DNA of 64,000 nucleotides from Candidatus Latescibacterota bacterium (GCA_965116885.1 OZ220741.1:5184001-5248000), one strand, 5' to 3'; positions 46,801 to 56,652 are shown, numbered from the stretch's first letter. Notes: a model not told the origin generated them from the sequence alone. Translations and numbers: made by a program.

Positions 46801-47352
46801 TTGTTTTCTCCCGACGGGACGCTACTCGCCTCGGCGCTGAATTATGGTCCGCGGTTAAGTGTCTCTATCAAACTGTGGGAGGTGAGCACGAAAGCAGTTA
46901 TCGCCACCTTTGAAGAAATCGGAGCGGGTCAGATCCATTCCGCAGCGCTTTCCTCCGACGGCAGGCTGTTCGCCGTCGGGACAAACAATGGCGCAATTCT
47001 GCTGGTGGACACTGTGAAGAGAGAAAGCGTGACAACCCTGCGGCAGCCGAGTTCGGTTGTTTCCTTGTCGTTTTCGCCCGACGGTAGGGTGCTCGCCTCC
47101 GGGTCGGAGGATGGTACGGTGCTGCTGTGGGACGTTGCGCCTTACCTTGCGCCATCTATCCCCAACCCGGACTTCAACAGCGACGGGACCGTGGACATAG
47201 CCGATTTCCTGCTGTTCGCTGGCGCGTTCGGTCTGAGTCGGGGCGATGCGGGATATGACGCGCGGTTTGATCTGGATAGTGATGGCACAATTGGGTTTAG
47301 CGATTTTCTAATCTTTGGCGAAGCCTTTGGCAAAAAAGTGCCATCCAATTGA
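43855..47352 (+). CDS. Secreted zinc-metallopeptidase-like + Ig-like + WD40 repeats + dockerin-like protein
   Basis: Signal peptide; HELGHTFGLQH; ISGDNQRG..PLVVEVRD; about 14 GH..FSPDG..WD repeats; DFNSDGTVDIADF...DLDSDGTIGFSDF. Confidence 0.88.
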   Translation: MKTCIFHFAIFFGLILSPLAVVHASSSPPDSVHFCLPFDYEQWRRDHPLPAAKRPADLNVGEPRTVRMIYFLPNDRPYRAKVVQDMKDRIREVQTFYSVSMQAREHGDRTFRLETDAAGEPTVHQVDGQHADSHYLDNTFEKVLDETEQTFDLKRNIYLVVIDISTDVIDRAAGGKAFQNGKTGGFALVTSDEMDPWNYHNVVSHELGHTFGLQHDFRAQAYVMSYGNLPESQISACNAGFLAAHTYFNPNIPTEAGSLPTIELVSPLTYPEDTESVAVRLEASDSDGLHQVILFTEDRGTEVKSCRGLAGEREATVTIDYNGVIPSQHNWGIFSSLSDPRVHPVAVMVADAAGNTNHTEFTLSAIESESTLPRPQALEIISGDNQRGTPGSALSQPLVVEVRDQHGNPLPDATVVFTVTTGDGKLSGRFTLENVTTDANGRAELLLTLGPGLGTNAVKVSIEEHSETFHAVSHGQSVTPPSMDGASLTWQLPYGAVARLGTGRLSQTERAVVFSPDGQLLAVAKKTGVWVYDISTSKPLALFPAEKAINSLAFSSDGKTIAFSEFIFNFHGGENINVQLWDVATGTQTAAIAQEDWSKAVAFSTDGTLLATANIDETVTLWNVATQRKVATHQGKLTSTGADYPLPMSFSPDDAILAFGSKHGTVNLLDVSTGTQTASLEGHTYPVTSISFSPNGATLASGSWDRTVRLWNVATRENIATLKGHTDRVNSVTFLRGGTTLASGSDDGTIKLWDVTTNRNTTTFEGHTDGIGSVAFSSQSNTLVAGVIDGSIKLWDVASRGVINDLDKGGSFTSVAYSGDGTILALGSDRTIRLWDVATGTEVAVLEGHTEKISSLTFLRDGKTLASGSHGEVYLWDVAARLKIDFLSRPGCRIAHLTASPNGKTIASGGINEIVLWDLETGAQTAIAYPTKTVSFSPDSKTLVSTGFDRLIQFWDVDTQENIATLDPDPADPTMGQLGSQMLFSPDGTLLASALNYGPRLSVSIKLWEVSTKAVIATFEEIGAGQIHSAALSSDGRLFAVGTNNGAILLVDTVKRESVTTLRQPSSVVSLSFSPDGRVLASGSEDGTVLLWDVAPYLAPSIPNPDFNSDGTVDIADFLLFAGAFGLSRGDAGYDARFDLDSDGTIGFSDFLIFGEAFGKKVPSN

Positions 47353-47430
47353 TCTATTTGCGCGCTCAACGTCACAATGTTTTAATACAACTCAGCATCT
47401 GTATGTATCCGTCTTTTCAGGAGGACTATC

Positions 47431-48570
47431 ATGAAAATCGCCGCATTAAAAACATTCGTCGTTCCCACAACGGGAAATTTTTTCGTCAAAGTCGAAACAG
47501 ACGAAGGCATTTACGGCCTGGGAGAAGCGGGCTTAAAGCGTCGCGGAACCGCGATTGCCGAAGTAATCCGCTCGTTTTCCCCAGACGTCATCGGACAAGA
47601 CCCCTTTCGGATTGAACATTTGTGGCAGGTCATGTTTCGCGGCGGATTTTTCCCGGGCGGCGTGGTACAGTCATCGGCAGTGAGTGCTGTTGACATTGCG
47701 CTCTGGGATATCAAAGGCAAAGCCCTGGGCGTACCCGTCTATGAACTCCTGGGCGGAAGAACCCGCGACAAAGTGGCGTGTTATCCGCATATTGGCGAAC
47801 GGGACAATATCGACCGCCTGGTCGCAAATTGTGTGCAACGACAGGAAGAAGGCTGGAAATTTGCCCGATGGGGCATGAGCGATCCCACAGATCCCAATGT
47901 ATTTGAACCTTCGCGCGCCGTGCGTCACGGCATCGAACAGGTAAAAGCCGTGCGCGAAGCCTGTGGCGATGATTTCGAAATCTGCGTCGATGTACACACG
48001 CGACTGGACCCCGCCTGGGTCATTGCATATTGCAAAGGCGTGGAACCCTATCGCCCATTTTTTATCGAAGACCCATTGCGCAGTGAAAGCACACAGAGCC
48101 TGCGCCTCGTGCGACAAAACACGCATCTGCCTTTGGCCATTGGCGAACAATTTGATAGCAAGTGGAAATTTCAGCAGGTAATCGAAGAGGACTTAATGGA
48201 CTATTGCCGCGTTGACCTCTGCATTGCAGGCGGTTTGACCGAAGCCAAAAAAATCGCGGGCTGGTGCGAGACACATTATATTCACCTGGCCCCCCACAAT
48301 CCACTGGGACCCGTGTCAACAGCAGCCTGCTTGCACCTGTGTTTATCCTCTTCTCTCGTCGGCGTACAGGAATTGCCCAGACCTCCCATGACCACCTTGA
48401 CAGATGTATTCCCCAAACAAATGCCCTATGCCAACGGCCATCTGCTCGTCCCCAAAGGACCGGGATTGGGCATTGAATTTAACGAAGACGCGATTGCAGA
48501 CGCATCTCCTCCCGAACCATCCACGGGCGCGGGATTCCGCCGTGAAGACGGATCGTACACAAATTGGTAA
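47431..48570 (+). CDS. Galactonate dehydratase-like enolase superfamily enzyme, copy 2
   Basis: Same length as 42572..43711; about 21 aa differences by manual count. Confidence 0.88.
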   Translation: MKIAALKTFVVPTTGNFFVKVETDEGIYGLGEAGLKRRGTAIAEVIRSFSPDVIGQDPFRIEHLWQVMFRGGFFPGGVVQSSAVSAVDIALWDIKGKALGVPVYELLGGRTRDKVACYPHIGERDNIDRLVANCVQRQEEGWKFARWGMSDPTDPNVFEPSRAVRHGIEQVKAVREACGDDFEICVDVHTRLDPAWVIAYCKGVEPYRPFFIEDPLRSESTQSLRLVRQNTHLPLAIGEQFDSKWKFQQVIEEDLMDYCRVDLCIAGGLTEAKKIAGWCETHYIHLAPHNPLGPVSTAACLHLCLSSSLVGVQELPRPPMTTLTDVFPKQMPYANGHLLVPKGPGLGIEFNEDAIADASPPEPSTGAGFRREDGSYTNW

Positions 48571-48584
48571 AAGGAGCATTACAG

Positions 48585-49367
48585 ATGCGGAAACAACAAC
48601 ACTCCGGCCTGCTCGCACTGATCGCTTGCATCCTCCTGCTGCCAGCCGAGGGAATCGCCCAAACCTCATTCCAATTTCAATACGGCAAACTCACAAACCC
48701 GTTTTCCGGAGACGCGGAATACACCACGATCCTCACCGTACAACAGGCAGCGCAGTGGCGATATGGAGACAGTTTCTTTTTTATCGATTTTCTGGAAGAT
48801 GGCGTTCCGGACGGCTTCAACGACAAAAGTATCTACGGAGAATGGTATCCGACCCTCAGCATTGGCAAACTCGCGAACACAGAGTTCAACCTCGGTCCGA
48901 TCAGAGATATCTCCATAATCGCTGGATTCAATGCCGACTCCGATGCCAATGTCCTCAAATACCTGCCCGGCGTCCGGGCTTCTTGGAACGTACCGGGCTT
49001 CTTCTTTGTCAACACCGACCTGACCGCCCTGATCGACGCCAGCAGCGGCACAGCGCACGGCGGTGCGCCCACAACGAGCAACAGCTTTGTATTCGACATC
49101 AATTGGGGGGCTGCCTTTGGAACTGGCGGTCAGTCCTTCGGTTTCTTCGGCCATGCAGAGTACATCGGCTCCCAGACCAACGAATTTGGCAACGAAGTCA
49201 AAGGCTGGATCCTCGCGCAACCACAACTCACATGGGACTTGAGCAAAGCGATAAACGGCGAGGGCAACACGCTCTTTGTCGGCATAGAATACCAGTACTG
49301 GTGGAACAAACTCGGCACCACCACTACCGAAAATGTCGTACAATTACTGGTCGTGTGGCAACTCTGA
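48585..49367 (+). CDS. Tsx-like outer-membrane channel
   Basis: RBS AAGGAG; signal peptide; WRYGDSFFFID, ILAQPQL, GIEYQYWWNKLG. Confidence 0.75.
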   Translation: MRKQQHSGLLALIACILLLPAEGIAQTSFQFQYGKLTNPFSGDAEYTTILTVQQAAQWRYGDSFFFIDFLEDGVPDGFNDKSIYGEWYPTLSIGKLANTEFNLGPIRDISIIAGFNADSDANVLKYLPGVRASWNVPGFFFVNTDLTALIDASSGTAHGGAPTTSNSFVFDINWGAAFGTGGQSFGFFGHAEYIGSQTNEFGNEVKGWILAQPQLTWDLSKAINGEGNTLFVGIEYQYWWNKLGTTTTENVVQLLVVWQL

Positions 49368-49390
49368 TTTAAAACAAAAGGAATTTCACC

Positions 49391-50647
49391 ATGAAAGTGC
49401 GAATCGGCATCATCGGGTGTGCGCGAATACTAAACGCCCATCTGCGTGGCTATAAAATCCTGCAAGAAAACGATTTTGGCGACCTATTTCAAATCGCGGC
49501 TTTGTGCGCGCGCAAAGAAGAAGACGCCCATCGCTTCCGCAAGCGAGGCGAAGGACCCGGTCCCCGCCCAGCACCTGTGGATGCACCTGGGGACCCACTC
49601 AATGCGCCGCATTCGTTTATCAGTGATCTGCATCCCGATAGCGATGCAGAAGTGTACACCAATTACAACGAAATGTTAGAAAAGGGCAAAATCGACGCAG
49701 TGATCATCTTGACCGGACACGACAACCACCACAGCATCGCCATAGACGCCATGAGAGCAGGCAAACACGTCTCGGTCGAAAAACCAATGGCGATCTCGGT
49801 CAAAGCAGCCCAGCGAATGTGCGAAGTAGCCGACGAAACCGGACAAATCTTGAGTATTGACGAAAATGTGAATTTCAATCCCTCTACCTGGGCCAGCAAA
49901 TGGGCAGTTGACAAGGGCCTCATTGGCGACGTGCAAATGCTCTATCGCGGCGTCATCGGATTTCGCAATTCGCGTCCAGACCTCGTGGCCGCGCGAACGC
50001 CCTGGCGCCAGAGCAAATTGGGCGCAGGTGGAGGCGTTGCCATCGACCTGGGCGTCCACCTTTTTAACGGCGTCCGCACAATTTGTGGACCCGTAAAATC
50101 CGTTCAAGCCCTGTGGAGAACGCTCGAACCGATGCGCGTCTTGATGTCCGACGACGATCGCGCCGTAGTCGATCAAATCGAAAATCAAGTGGATGATGCT
50201 TTTTTTACCAACTTTGAATTTGAAAATGGCGGCATCGGACACATGGCTGTATCGAGAAGTGCGCGGGGAACACAGGTCGGCGTACCTGGCGGCACGAATA
50301 TTTGGGGCAGCAAAGGGGCGATTTCAAACGGACAATTATTTGGCGAAGACAGCACATCGGAAAATGTGGAAGATCGATTTCAACGCGAAGCCGAACCCTC
50401 GCATCTGGGCGAGATCATGCCGGGTGGAATCACCGACGCATTTGCGCTTGAAAACCTGAACTGGCTGCAAGCCATCACAAACGGCAAACCCGTCCAGATG
50501 AGCGGCGAAGAAGGCACTATCGATCTGGCATTGAGCTATGCGATCCTCGAATCGGGCTTGCTCGGACGCGCCGTCACTTTAGACGAAATGCTAAAAGGTG
50601 AAGTGGATGAGTATCAGAAAGAAATCAACAATTACTACGGATTATAA
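49391..50647 (+). CDS. Gfo/Idh/MocA family oxidoreductase
   Basis: IGIIGC, GKHVSVEKP, DLGVH. Confidence 0.88.
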   Translation: MKVRIGIIGCARILNAHLRGYKILQENDFGDLFQIAALCARKEEDAHRFRKRGEGPGPRPAPVDAPGDPLNAPHSFISDLHPDSDAEVYTNYNEMLEKGKIDAVIILTGHDNHHSIAIDAMRAGKHVSVEKPMAISVKAAQRMCEVADETGQILSIDENVNFNPSTWASKWAVDKGLIGDVQMLYRGVIGFRNSRPDLVAARTPWRQSKLGAGGGVAIDLGVHLFNGVRTICGPVKSVQALWRTLEPMRVLMSDDDRAVVDQIENQVDDAFFTNFEFENGGIGHMAVSRSARGTQVGVPGGTNIWGSKGAISNGQLFGEDSTSENVEDRFQREAEPSHLGEIMPGGITDAFALENLNWLQAITNGKPVQMSGEEGTIDLALSYAILESGLLGRAVTLDEMLKGEVDEYQKEINNYYGL

Positions 50648-50661
50648 TCCTGGAGCACGCG

Positions 50662-51423
50662 ATGAAAATCTCACCAGCACACCAACAACAATTAGACGAA
50701 CAGGGCTATGTCATCATCCCCGATGTACTCTCTGAAGCCGAGATATCGCACTACCGCGCACTATTGCTGGACCTCGCCGAACAAGAGCGCGGAGACGGCT
50801 CGGGACGGGTACATACCAGTGGCAGGGGCCAGCATGTGCGGTGGCTGGTGAACAAGGGAAAACCATTTGAAAAGCTGGTGGCACATCCCAAAGTCGTGCC
50901 CTATTTTGAATATATGCTCGGCGAAGATTATACCCTCAGCACACTCACATCAAACATGATTTACTCAGGTGCCGAAGACAACGCGTTTCACGTCGATAAT
51001 GCACTGGGCAAAATGCCAGAACCACTGCCCTCATTTCCGATGTTTGTCAACAGCCTGTGGCTCCTGAACGACTTTACCCCACAAAACGGGGGCACGCGCT
51101 TTGTACCCGGCAGCCATCGGTTCTTAAAAAAGCCCCCGCCAATAGACCATCCACACGCCCTATGCCATCCCGACGAAATGCGGCTCTCGGCCCCAAAAGG
51201 CTCGGTATTCTTGTTCAACGGCGCAATATGGCACGCCACAGGAGCCAACCGCACAGATGACGCCCGCGTGTGCCTGATCTGCTTCTGCTGCCGATCATTT
51301 CTAAAGCCCATGTTCGATTTTGTACACTACCTCAAACCCGAAGTGGTGGATCGAGCCACGCCGGAAATGAAGCGCATCTACGGATTTAATTCTCAACCCC
51401 AGTCGCCGGATGTGCGCGATTAA
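50662..51423 (+). CDS. Phytanoyl-CoA dioxygenase (PhyH) family Fe(II)/2OG dioxygenase
   Basis: FHVD, NGGTRFVPGSH, IWHATGAN...R. Confidence 0.9.
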   Translation: MKISPAHQQQLDEQGYVIIPDVLSEAEISHYRALLLDLAEQERGDGSGRVHTSGRGQHVRWLVNKGKPFEKLVAHPKVVPYFEYMLGEDYTLSTLTSNMIYSGAEDNAFHVDNALGKMPEPLPSFPMFVNSLWLLNDFTPQNGGTRFVPGSHRFLKKPPPIDHPHALCHPDEMRLSAPKGSVFLFNGAIWHATGANRTDDARVCLICFCCRSFLKPMFDFVHYLKPEVVDRATPEMKRIYGFNSQPQSPDVRD

Positions 51424-51448
51424 ACTGATCTCACAAAAGAGGCAAGCC

Positions 51449-52591
51449 ATGAAAATTACCGATGTCAAAGCCACAACATTAAAAGGCTACAAAGATTGGA
51501 ACTATGTAAAAGTAGAAACCGATGCCGGCATATCGGGCGTGGGCGAAGCGCATCCGGGCGAAGGCATAACCGACGCGGTGACAAAGCGCTTGCGCCCCAT
51601 GCTCATCGGGCAAAACCCCCTGAATGTCGAGCCACTCTACACGCGGATGCTCGACCGCAACACCGGACAATCTACCGCAGGGATACTCCTCGGTGCAATC
51701 GGCGGCGTGGAAACTGCACTCTGGGATGTTGCGGGCAAAGCCATTGGCGTGCCCATCTATCAATTACTCGGCGGAAAGTATCGAGACCGACTGCGGATGT
51801 ACGCCGATGTGGGCAGAGGGCGAAATCGACAAAACACCCCCGAGACCTGGGCCGAACGCGCAAAAGAAGGCGTGGCAGATGGATTTCAGTCCATCAAATT
51901 CGACATCGACGGATCGGCAAATGAATTGCAACACGACCCCGTAGATCGCGGGTTATCACTCGCCGAATTGGACAAAATGGAAGCCATGGTATCCGCAGTC
52001 CGCGACGCCGTCGGATACGACATTGACCTGTGTATTGACTGCCACGGGAAATACAATGTGCGCGACGTACTCTTACTCGCCCAGCGCCTGGAAAAATTTA
52101 ACCTGATGTTCCTCGAAGACCCCGTACCCCCAGAAAATATCGACGCCATGGGCAAAGTAACAGCTTCGACATCCATACCGATCTGCACGGGCGAATGGGT
52201 CCACCGCAGAGATGGATTTCGCGGGCTAATCGAGAATCAAGCATGTGACATGCTACACATCGATATCTCAGCGACCGGAGGCATGCTGGAAGGCAAAAAA
52301 ATCGCAGACCTGGCAGACCTGTACTACATGCCCGCCGCATTCCACAACATCGTATCGCCGCTGGGCATGGTAGCATCCGCGCATGTAGGCGCAACCGTGC
52401 GAAACCTCCACACCCTGGAACTGCCCTACCACGCAGATCAGATAGAATGGCGCTGGGACCTCGTAATCAGCGATGAGCCATTAATTCAGGATGGACAATT
52501 TGTGCTCCCAGAAAAACCGGGTCTCGGCGTAGAATTTAACGAGGATTTGGCGCGCGCACATGTGAAAGAAGGGTATGATTTCTTTGATTAG
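51449..52591 (+). CDS. Mandelate racemase/galactonate dehydratase-like enzyme
   Basis: IKFD, IDCH, FLEDP, CTGE, FHN. Confidence 0.88.
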   Translation: MKITDVKATTLKGYKDWNYVKVETDAGISGVGEAHPGEGITDAVTKRLRPMLIGQNPLNVEPLYTRMLDRNTGQSTAGILLGAIGGVETALWDVAGKAIGVPIYQLLGGKYRDRLRMYADVGRGRNRQNTPETWAERAKEGVADGFQSIKFDIDGSANELQHDPVDRGLSLAELDKMEAMVSAVRDAVGYDIDLCIDCHGKYNVRDVLLLAQRLEKFNLMFLEDPVPPENIDAMGKVTASTSIPICTGEWVHRRDGFRGLIENQACDMLHIDISATGGMLEGKKIADLADLYYMPAAFHNIVSPLGMVASAHVGATVRNLHTLELPYHADQIEWRWDLVISDEPLIQDGQFVLPEKPGLGVEFNEDLARAHVKEGYDFFD

Positions 52592-52594
52592 TCG

Positions 52595-52622
52595 TTGACA
52601 AGGGATAGTAGATTTCTATATT
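52595..52622 (+). promoter_or_regulatory. Sigma70-type promoter
   Basis: TTGACA-16 nt-TATATT; strong RBS TAAGGAGG downstream. Confidence 0.55.
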
Positions 52623-52671
52623 CATGCGGCTTTTGAAAAACTATAGACTTACATAGAACTAAGGAGGCATT

Positions 52672-53829
52672 ATGGAACTCAACATCGGCATGATCGGATA
52701 TTCATTCATGGGCAAAGCGCACAGCAATGGATTCCGCCAACTGCCCGCGTTTTTTCCCGAACTCGGTGTAACACCCGTATTAAAAGTAATCTGTGGACGC
52801 AACCTCGACGCCGTAAAAGACGCGGCTGAAACATACCAGTGGGAAGAATACGAAACCGACTGGGAAAAAGTCGTCGATCGAGACGACATCGACGTCATAG
52901 ACATCTGCACACCCGGCGATCAGCACCTGCCCATGGCACTCGCCGCATTGAAAGCTGGCAAACACGTCATCTGTGAAAAACCCCTCACAAACACCCTCGC
53001 AGAAGCCAGAGAATTGTTGGCCGTGGCTGAAAACACCGACAAAAAAACCATGGTTGCATTCAACTACCGCCGCGTACCCGCGGTGGCATTGGCGCGGCAA
53101 TTGATCGCCGAAGGGCGGATTGGGGAAATTTATCACTGGCGCGCCGTGTACTTGCAAGACTGGATCATCGACCCCGACTTTCCACTCGTCTGGCGATTGG
53201 AAAAAGACAAAGCCGGTTCGGGACCGCACGGCGATTTGAACGCGCATATCATCGACCTCGCCCTGCATCTCGTAGGCGATATCGACAGCGTAGTCGGCGC
53301 AGATACCACCTTCATCAAAGAACGCCCACTACTCGAAGCCGTTGATGGGGGCCTGGGGGCGCAAGGCGGCGAACAAATGGGCCAGGTAACCGTTGACGAC
53401 GCCACCATGTTTTTGGCCCGGTTCCAAAACGGCGCACTCGGCACATTTGAAGCCACGCGCTTTGCCGCCGGACGGCGCAACTACAACCATTTTGAAATCA
53501 ACGGAAGCAAAGGCAGCATCGCATTCAACCTGCAAAAAATGAACGAATTGCAATTCTATTCGCGCGACGACGAAGATCACATCCAGGGCTTCCGAGAAAT
53601 TATCGTAGGAGAAGGCAGCCAACCCTTCATGGGCGCGTGGTGGCCCCCGGGACACATCATTGGCTGGGAACACACATTCACGCACGAATTCAGAGACTTC
53701 TTTGAAGCAATTGCACAGGATGGAACCTTTTCCCCCGACTTTGCCGAAGGCACAAAGGTACAGGCCGTCCTGGAAGCCGTAGTCGATTCGGCAGCGTCAA
53801 AAACCTGGCAAGACGTACCAAAAATTTGA
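52672..53829 (+). CDS. Gfo/Idh/MocA oxidoreductase (levoglucosan/glycoside dehydrogenase-like)
   Basis: GYSFMGKAH, CEKP, FNYRRVPA, YLQDW, WWPPGH. Confidence 0.88.
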   Translation: MELNIGMIGYSFMGKAHSNGFRQLPAFFPELGVTPVLKVICGRNLDAVKDAAETYQWEEYETDWEKVVDRDDIDVIDICTPGDQHLPMALAALKAGKHVICEKPLTNTLAEARELLAVAENTDKKTMVAFNYRRVPAVALARQLIAEGRIGEIYHWRAVYLQDWIIDPDFPLVWRLEKDKAGSGPHGDLNAHIIDLALHLVGDIDSVVGADTTFIKERPLLEAVDGGLGAQGGEQMGQVTVDDATMFLARFQNGALGTFEATRFAAGRRNYNHFEINGSKGSIAFNLQKMNELQFYSRDDEDHIQGFREIIVGEGSQPFMGAWWPPGHIIGWEHTFTHEFRDFFEAIAQDGTFSPDFAEGTKVQAVLEAVVDSAASKTWQDVPKI

Positions 53830-53957
53830 ACTATATTCTAAAAGAAGACAGCGAGTAATTTGAGCTGTCTCACGGATAAACGCGGCTGCTTACCGTGTTA
53901 AAAGCCTTTTATCTGCGTTCATCTGCGTTCATCTGTGGATCCAAACAGGAGTGAAAA

Positions 53958-54956
53958 ATGGCAAGACCAGTTACGTTATTCACCGGACAGTGGGCGGACT
54001 TGACACTGGAAGTCATGTTGCAAAAAGCCAGAGACTTTGGCTATGACGGCGTGGAACTCGCATGTTGGGGCGACCACATGGACGTGCGCGAAGCCGCATC
54101 GAACGACGGCTATGTACGCGAAAAAAAGGAATTGCTCGAACAATACAGCATGCAGTGCTTCGCCATTAGCAATCACCTGGCAGGGCAGGCCGTATGCGAC
54201 AATATCGACGAACGGCACGAGGCGATTTTGCCGCCCCATGTATGGGGCGATGGCGACCCCGAAGGCGTGCGACAACGCGCCGCCGAAGAAATGATAGCAA
54301 CAGCCGAAGCCGCAAACGCCATGGACCTGACCGTGGTCAATGGCTTTACCGGATCCTCAATCTGGCATCTGTTGTATTCTTTCCCCCCGGTGTCACCCGA
54401 TCAGATCGACGCGGGATTTAGCGACTTTGCAGACCGCTGGAACCCGATTCTGGACGTATTCCAAAAAAACGGCGTGCGATTCGCACTCGAAGTGCATCCA
54501 ACGGAAATCGCATTTGATATAGCTTCGTCTGCCCGGGCATTAAAGGCACTGGAAAACCGACCGGAATTTGGCTTCAATTACGACCCCAGCCATCTGGTCT
54601 ATCAAAATGTGGATTACGTTGGCTTTATCCGCGAGTTCAGCGACCGAATCTATCACGTCCACATGAAAGATTCTTACCTGTCGCCCAACCCCAAACGCGC
54701 GGGTATATTTGGTGGGCATACAAATTTCGGCGATCCAGACCGCAGTTGGGATTTCCGCTCGGTGGGTCGCGGCAGCGTGGATTTCGAAGAAATTATTCGC
54801 GCATTAAACGACATTGGCTACGATGGACCGCTCTCCGTCGAGTGGGAAGATTCGGGCATGGACCGCGAACACGGCGCGACTGAATCCTGCGCCTTTGTCA
54901 ATGAAATCGACTTTGAACCCTCAGAAGTCGCATTTGACGCGGCGTTTGAAGAATAG
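53958..54956 (+). CDS. Sugar phosphate isomerase/epimerase (AP_endonuc_2 TIM barrel)
   Basis: [34 protein letters not shown]. Confidence 0.88.
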   Translation: MARPVTLFTGQWADLTLEVMLQKARDFGYDGVELACWGDHMDVREAASNDGYVREKKELLEQYSMQCFAISNHLAGQAVCDNIDERHEAILPPHVWGDGDPEGVRQRAAEEMIATAEAANAMDLTVVNGFTGSSIWHLLYSFPPVSPDQIDAGFSDFADRWNPILDVFQKNGVRFALEVHPTEIAFDIASSARALKALENRPEFGFNYDPSHLVYQNVDYVGFIREFSDRIYHVHMKDSYLSPNPKRAGIFGGHTNFGDPDRSWDFRSVGRGSVDFEEIIRALNDIGYDGPLSVEWEDSGMDREHGATESCAFVNEIDFEPSEVAFDAAFEE

Positions 54957-55049
54957 CTTTCAGCAGTCAACTTTCAGCGGTCAGCCCTCCCATCCACCAC
55001 CCCAACAGGGCGGAATAGTGAGGGCTGACATTTTTTTGGGGAATACACA

Positions 55050-56603
55050 ATGGCACGTTATCTATTTCTCGCACTATTGATGTTAATAACCGCTTGTGAA
55101 CAACAGACCGGGCGCACGGTTGTATTTGGGCGCGGTGGCGATTCCGTGGGACTGGATCCCGCGCTGGAGACAGACGGCGAATCGTTTAAAGTATGCGATA
55201 ATATTTACGAAACACTCGTCGCATTTGTGCCCGAACGCACCGACCTCGCACCCGGATTAGCCACTTCTTGGCAGGCATCAGAAGATGGTTTGACCTGGAC
55301 ATTTCAGTTGCGCGAAAATGTCGTCTTCCACGATGGCACGCCCTTTAATGCCGATGCCGTCGTCTTTTCACTCGCGCGGCAATTCAAGCCCGATCACCCT
55401 TTCAACAAAGTAGAAGGCGCGTATCAATACTGGGCAGGCATGTCCATGAGCGACATCGTAAAAGATGTCCGCAAAATAGACGACATGACCGTATCTATTG
55501 ACCTGAAACGCCCCAACGCACCCTTCCTCGCAAATCTGACAATGAATTTTTGCGCCATCGTCAGCCCTGTTGCCGTCGAAAAATGGGGAGCTGATTTTGC
55601 TCGGCATCCCGTGGGCACAGGCCCGTTTCGCTTTGTCGAATGGATAAAAGACGACCGCGTTGTATTGGAACGCAACCCCGATTATTGGGGACCTGCCCCC
55701 AAAATTGATCGCCTGATTTTTAGAAGCATTCCCGAAAATTCCGTCCGACTAATCGCCCTGACCCAAGGATCTATCGACGGCATGGACAACCTCGTGCCAG
55801 ACTTCTTACCGACAATTGAATCAGATGAAAATCTCGCCTTGCTGTCCCAGCCGGGGATGAACGTGGGCTATCTGGCGATGAACATGGACAAAGAACCATT
55901 CCAGAACCTCAATGTGCGGCGCGCCATAAACCACGCGATCAACAAACAAGCTCTGATCGACAACCTGTATCAGGGATTGGCCATTCCAGCGGTCAATCCC
56001 ATTCCGCCGACGGTCTGGAGCTATCGGCAAGAAACACCCGGCTATGAATACGACCCGGAAAAAGCCAGAGCACTCCTATCCGAAGCGGGATTTCCAAACG
56101 GATTCAAAACCACCCTCTGGGCCATGCCCGTACCGCGTCCCTATATGCCACAACCCCAGAAAATCGCCCAGGCGATCCAGGCCGATCTACAAACAGTTGG
56201 CATCGAAGCTGAAATCGTCACTTATGAATGGGGAACATATCTGGATAAAGTTCAGCGCGGGCAGCACGATATGGCATTGCTGGGCTGGACCGGAGACAAC
56301 GGCGACCCCGACAACTTCCTCTATATTCTGCTGGACAAAAGCGCGACTCAAATGCCAGCCAATAACATCTCCTTTTACCGCAGCGACCCCTTGCACGACG
56401 TGTTGGTGGCCGCCCAAAAGGAATCCGACAAAACAAAACGCACAGCCCTGTATCAAAAGGCACAAGAAATCGTCTTTCACGACGCCCCCTGGGTCCCCCT
56501 CGTACACGCGACCCAAACAGCGGCATTCCGCACCCGCGTCAAAGGCTTTAAGCTACACCCCACCGGGAGCAAATGGTTTCACGATGTGATGATTGAAGAA
56601 TAG
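55050..56603 (+). CDS. dppA: Dipeptide ABC transporter substrate-binding lipoprotein
   Basis: Lipobox ITAC; FHDGTPFNADAV, VGTGPF, WAMPVPRPY, GWTGDNGDPDNF. Confidence 0.9.
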   Translation: MARYLFLALLMLITACEQQTGRTVVFGRGGDSVGLDPALETDGESFKVCDNIYETLVAFVPERTDLAPGLATSWQASEDGLTWTFQLRENVVFHDGTPFNADAVVFSLARQFKPDHPFNKVEGAYQYWAGMSMSDIVKDVRKIDDMTVSIDLKRPNAPFLANLTMNFCAIVSPVAVEKWGADFARHPVGTGPFRFVEWIKDDRVVLERNPDYWGPAPKIDRLIFRSIPENSVRLIALTQGSIDGMDNLVPDFLPTIESDENLALLSQPGMNVGYLAMNMDKEPFQNLNVRRAINHAINKQALIDNLYQGLAIPAVNPIPPTVWSYRQETPGYEYDPEKARALLSEAGFPNGFKTTLWAMPVPRPYMPQPQKIAQAIQADLQTVGIEAEIVTYEWGTYLDKVQRGQHDMALLGWTGDNGDPDNFLYILLDKSATQMPANNISFYRSDPLHDVLVAAQKESDKTKRTALYQKAQEIVFHDAPWVPLVHATQTAAFRTRVKGFKLHPTGSKWFHDVMIEE

Positions 56604-56652
56604 ACGATCAATGTATCGGACATCTTTTTTTAGGGAATAGAAAATCTCACAG

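Noticed and set aside
48404..49372. 322-aa alternative-frame ORF
   Set aside because: Arg-rich off-frame reading overlapping two supported genes
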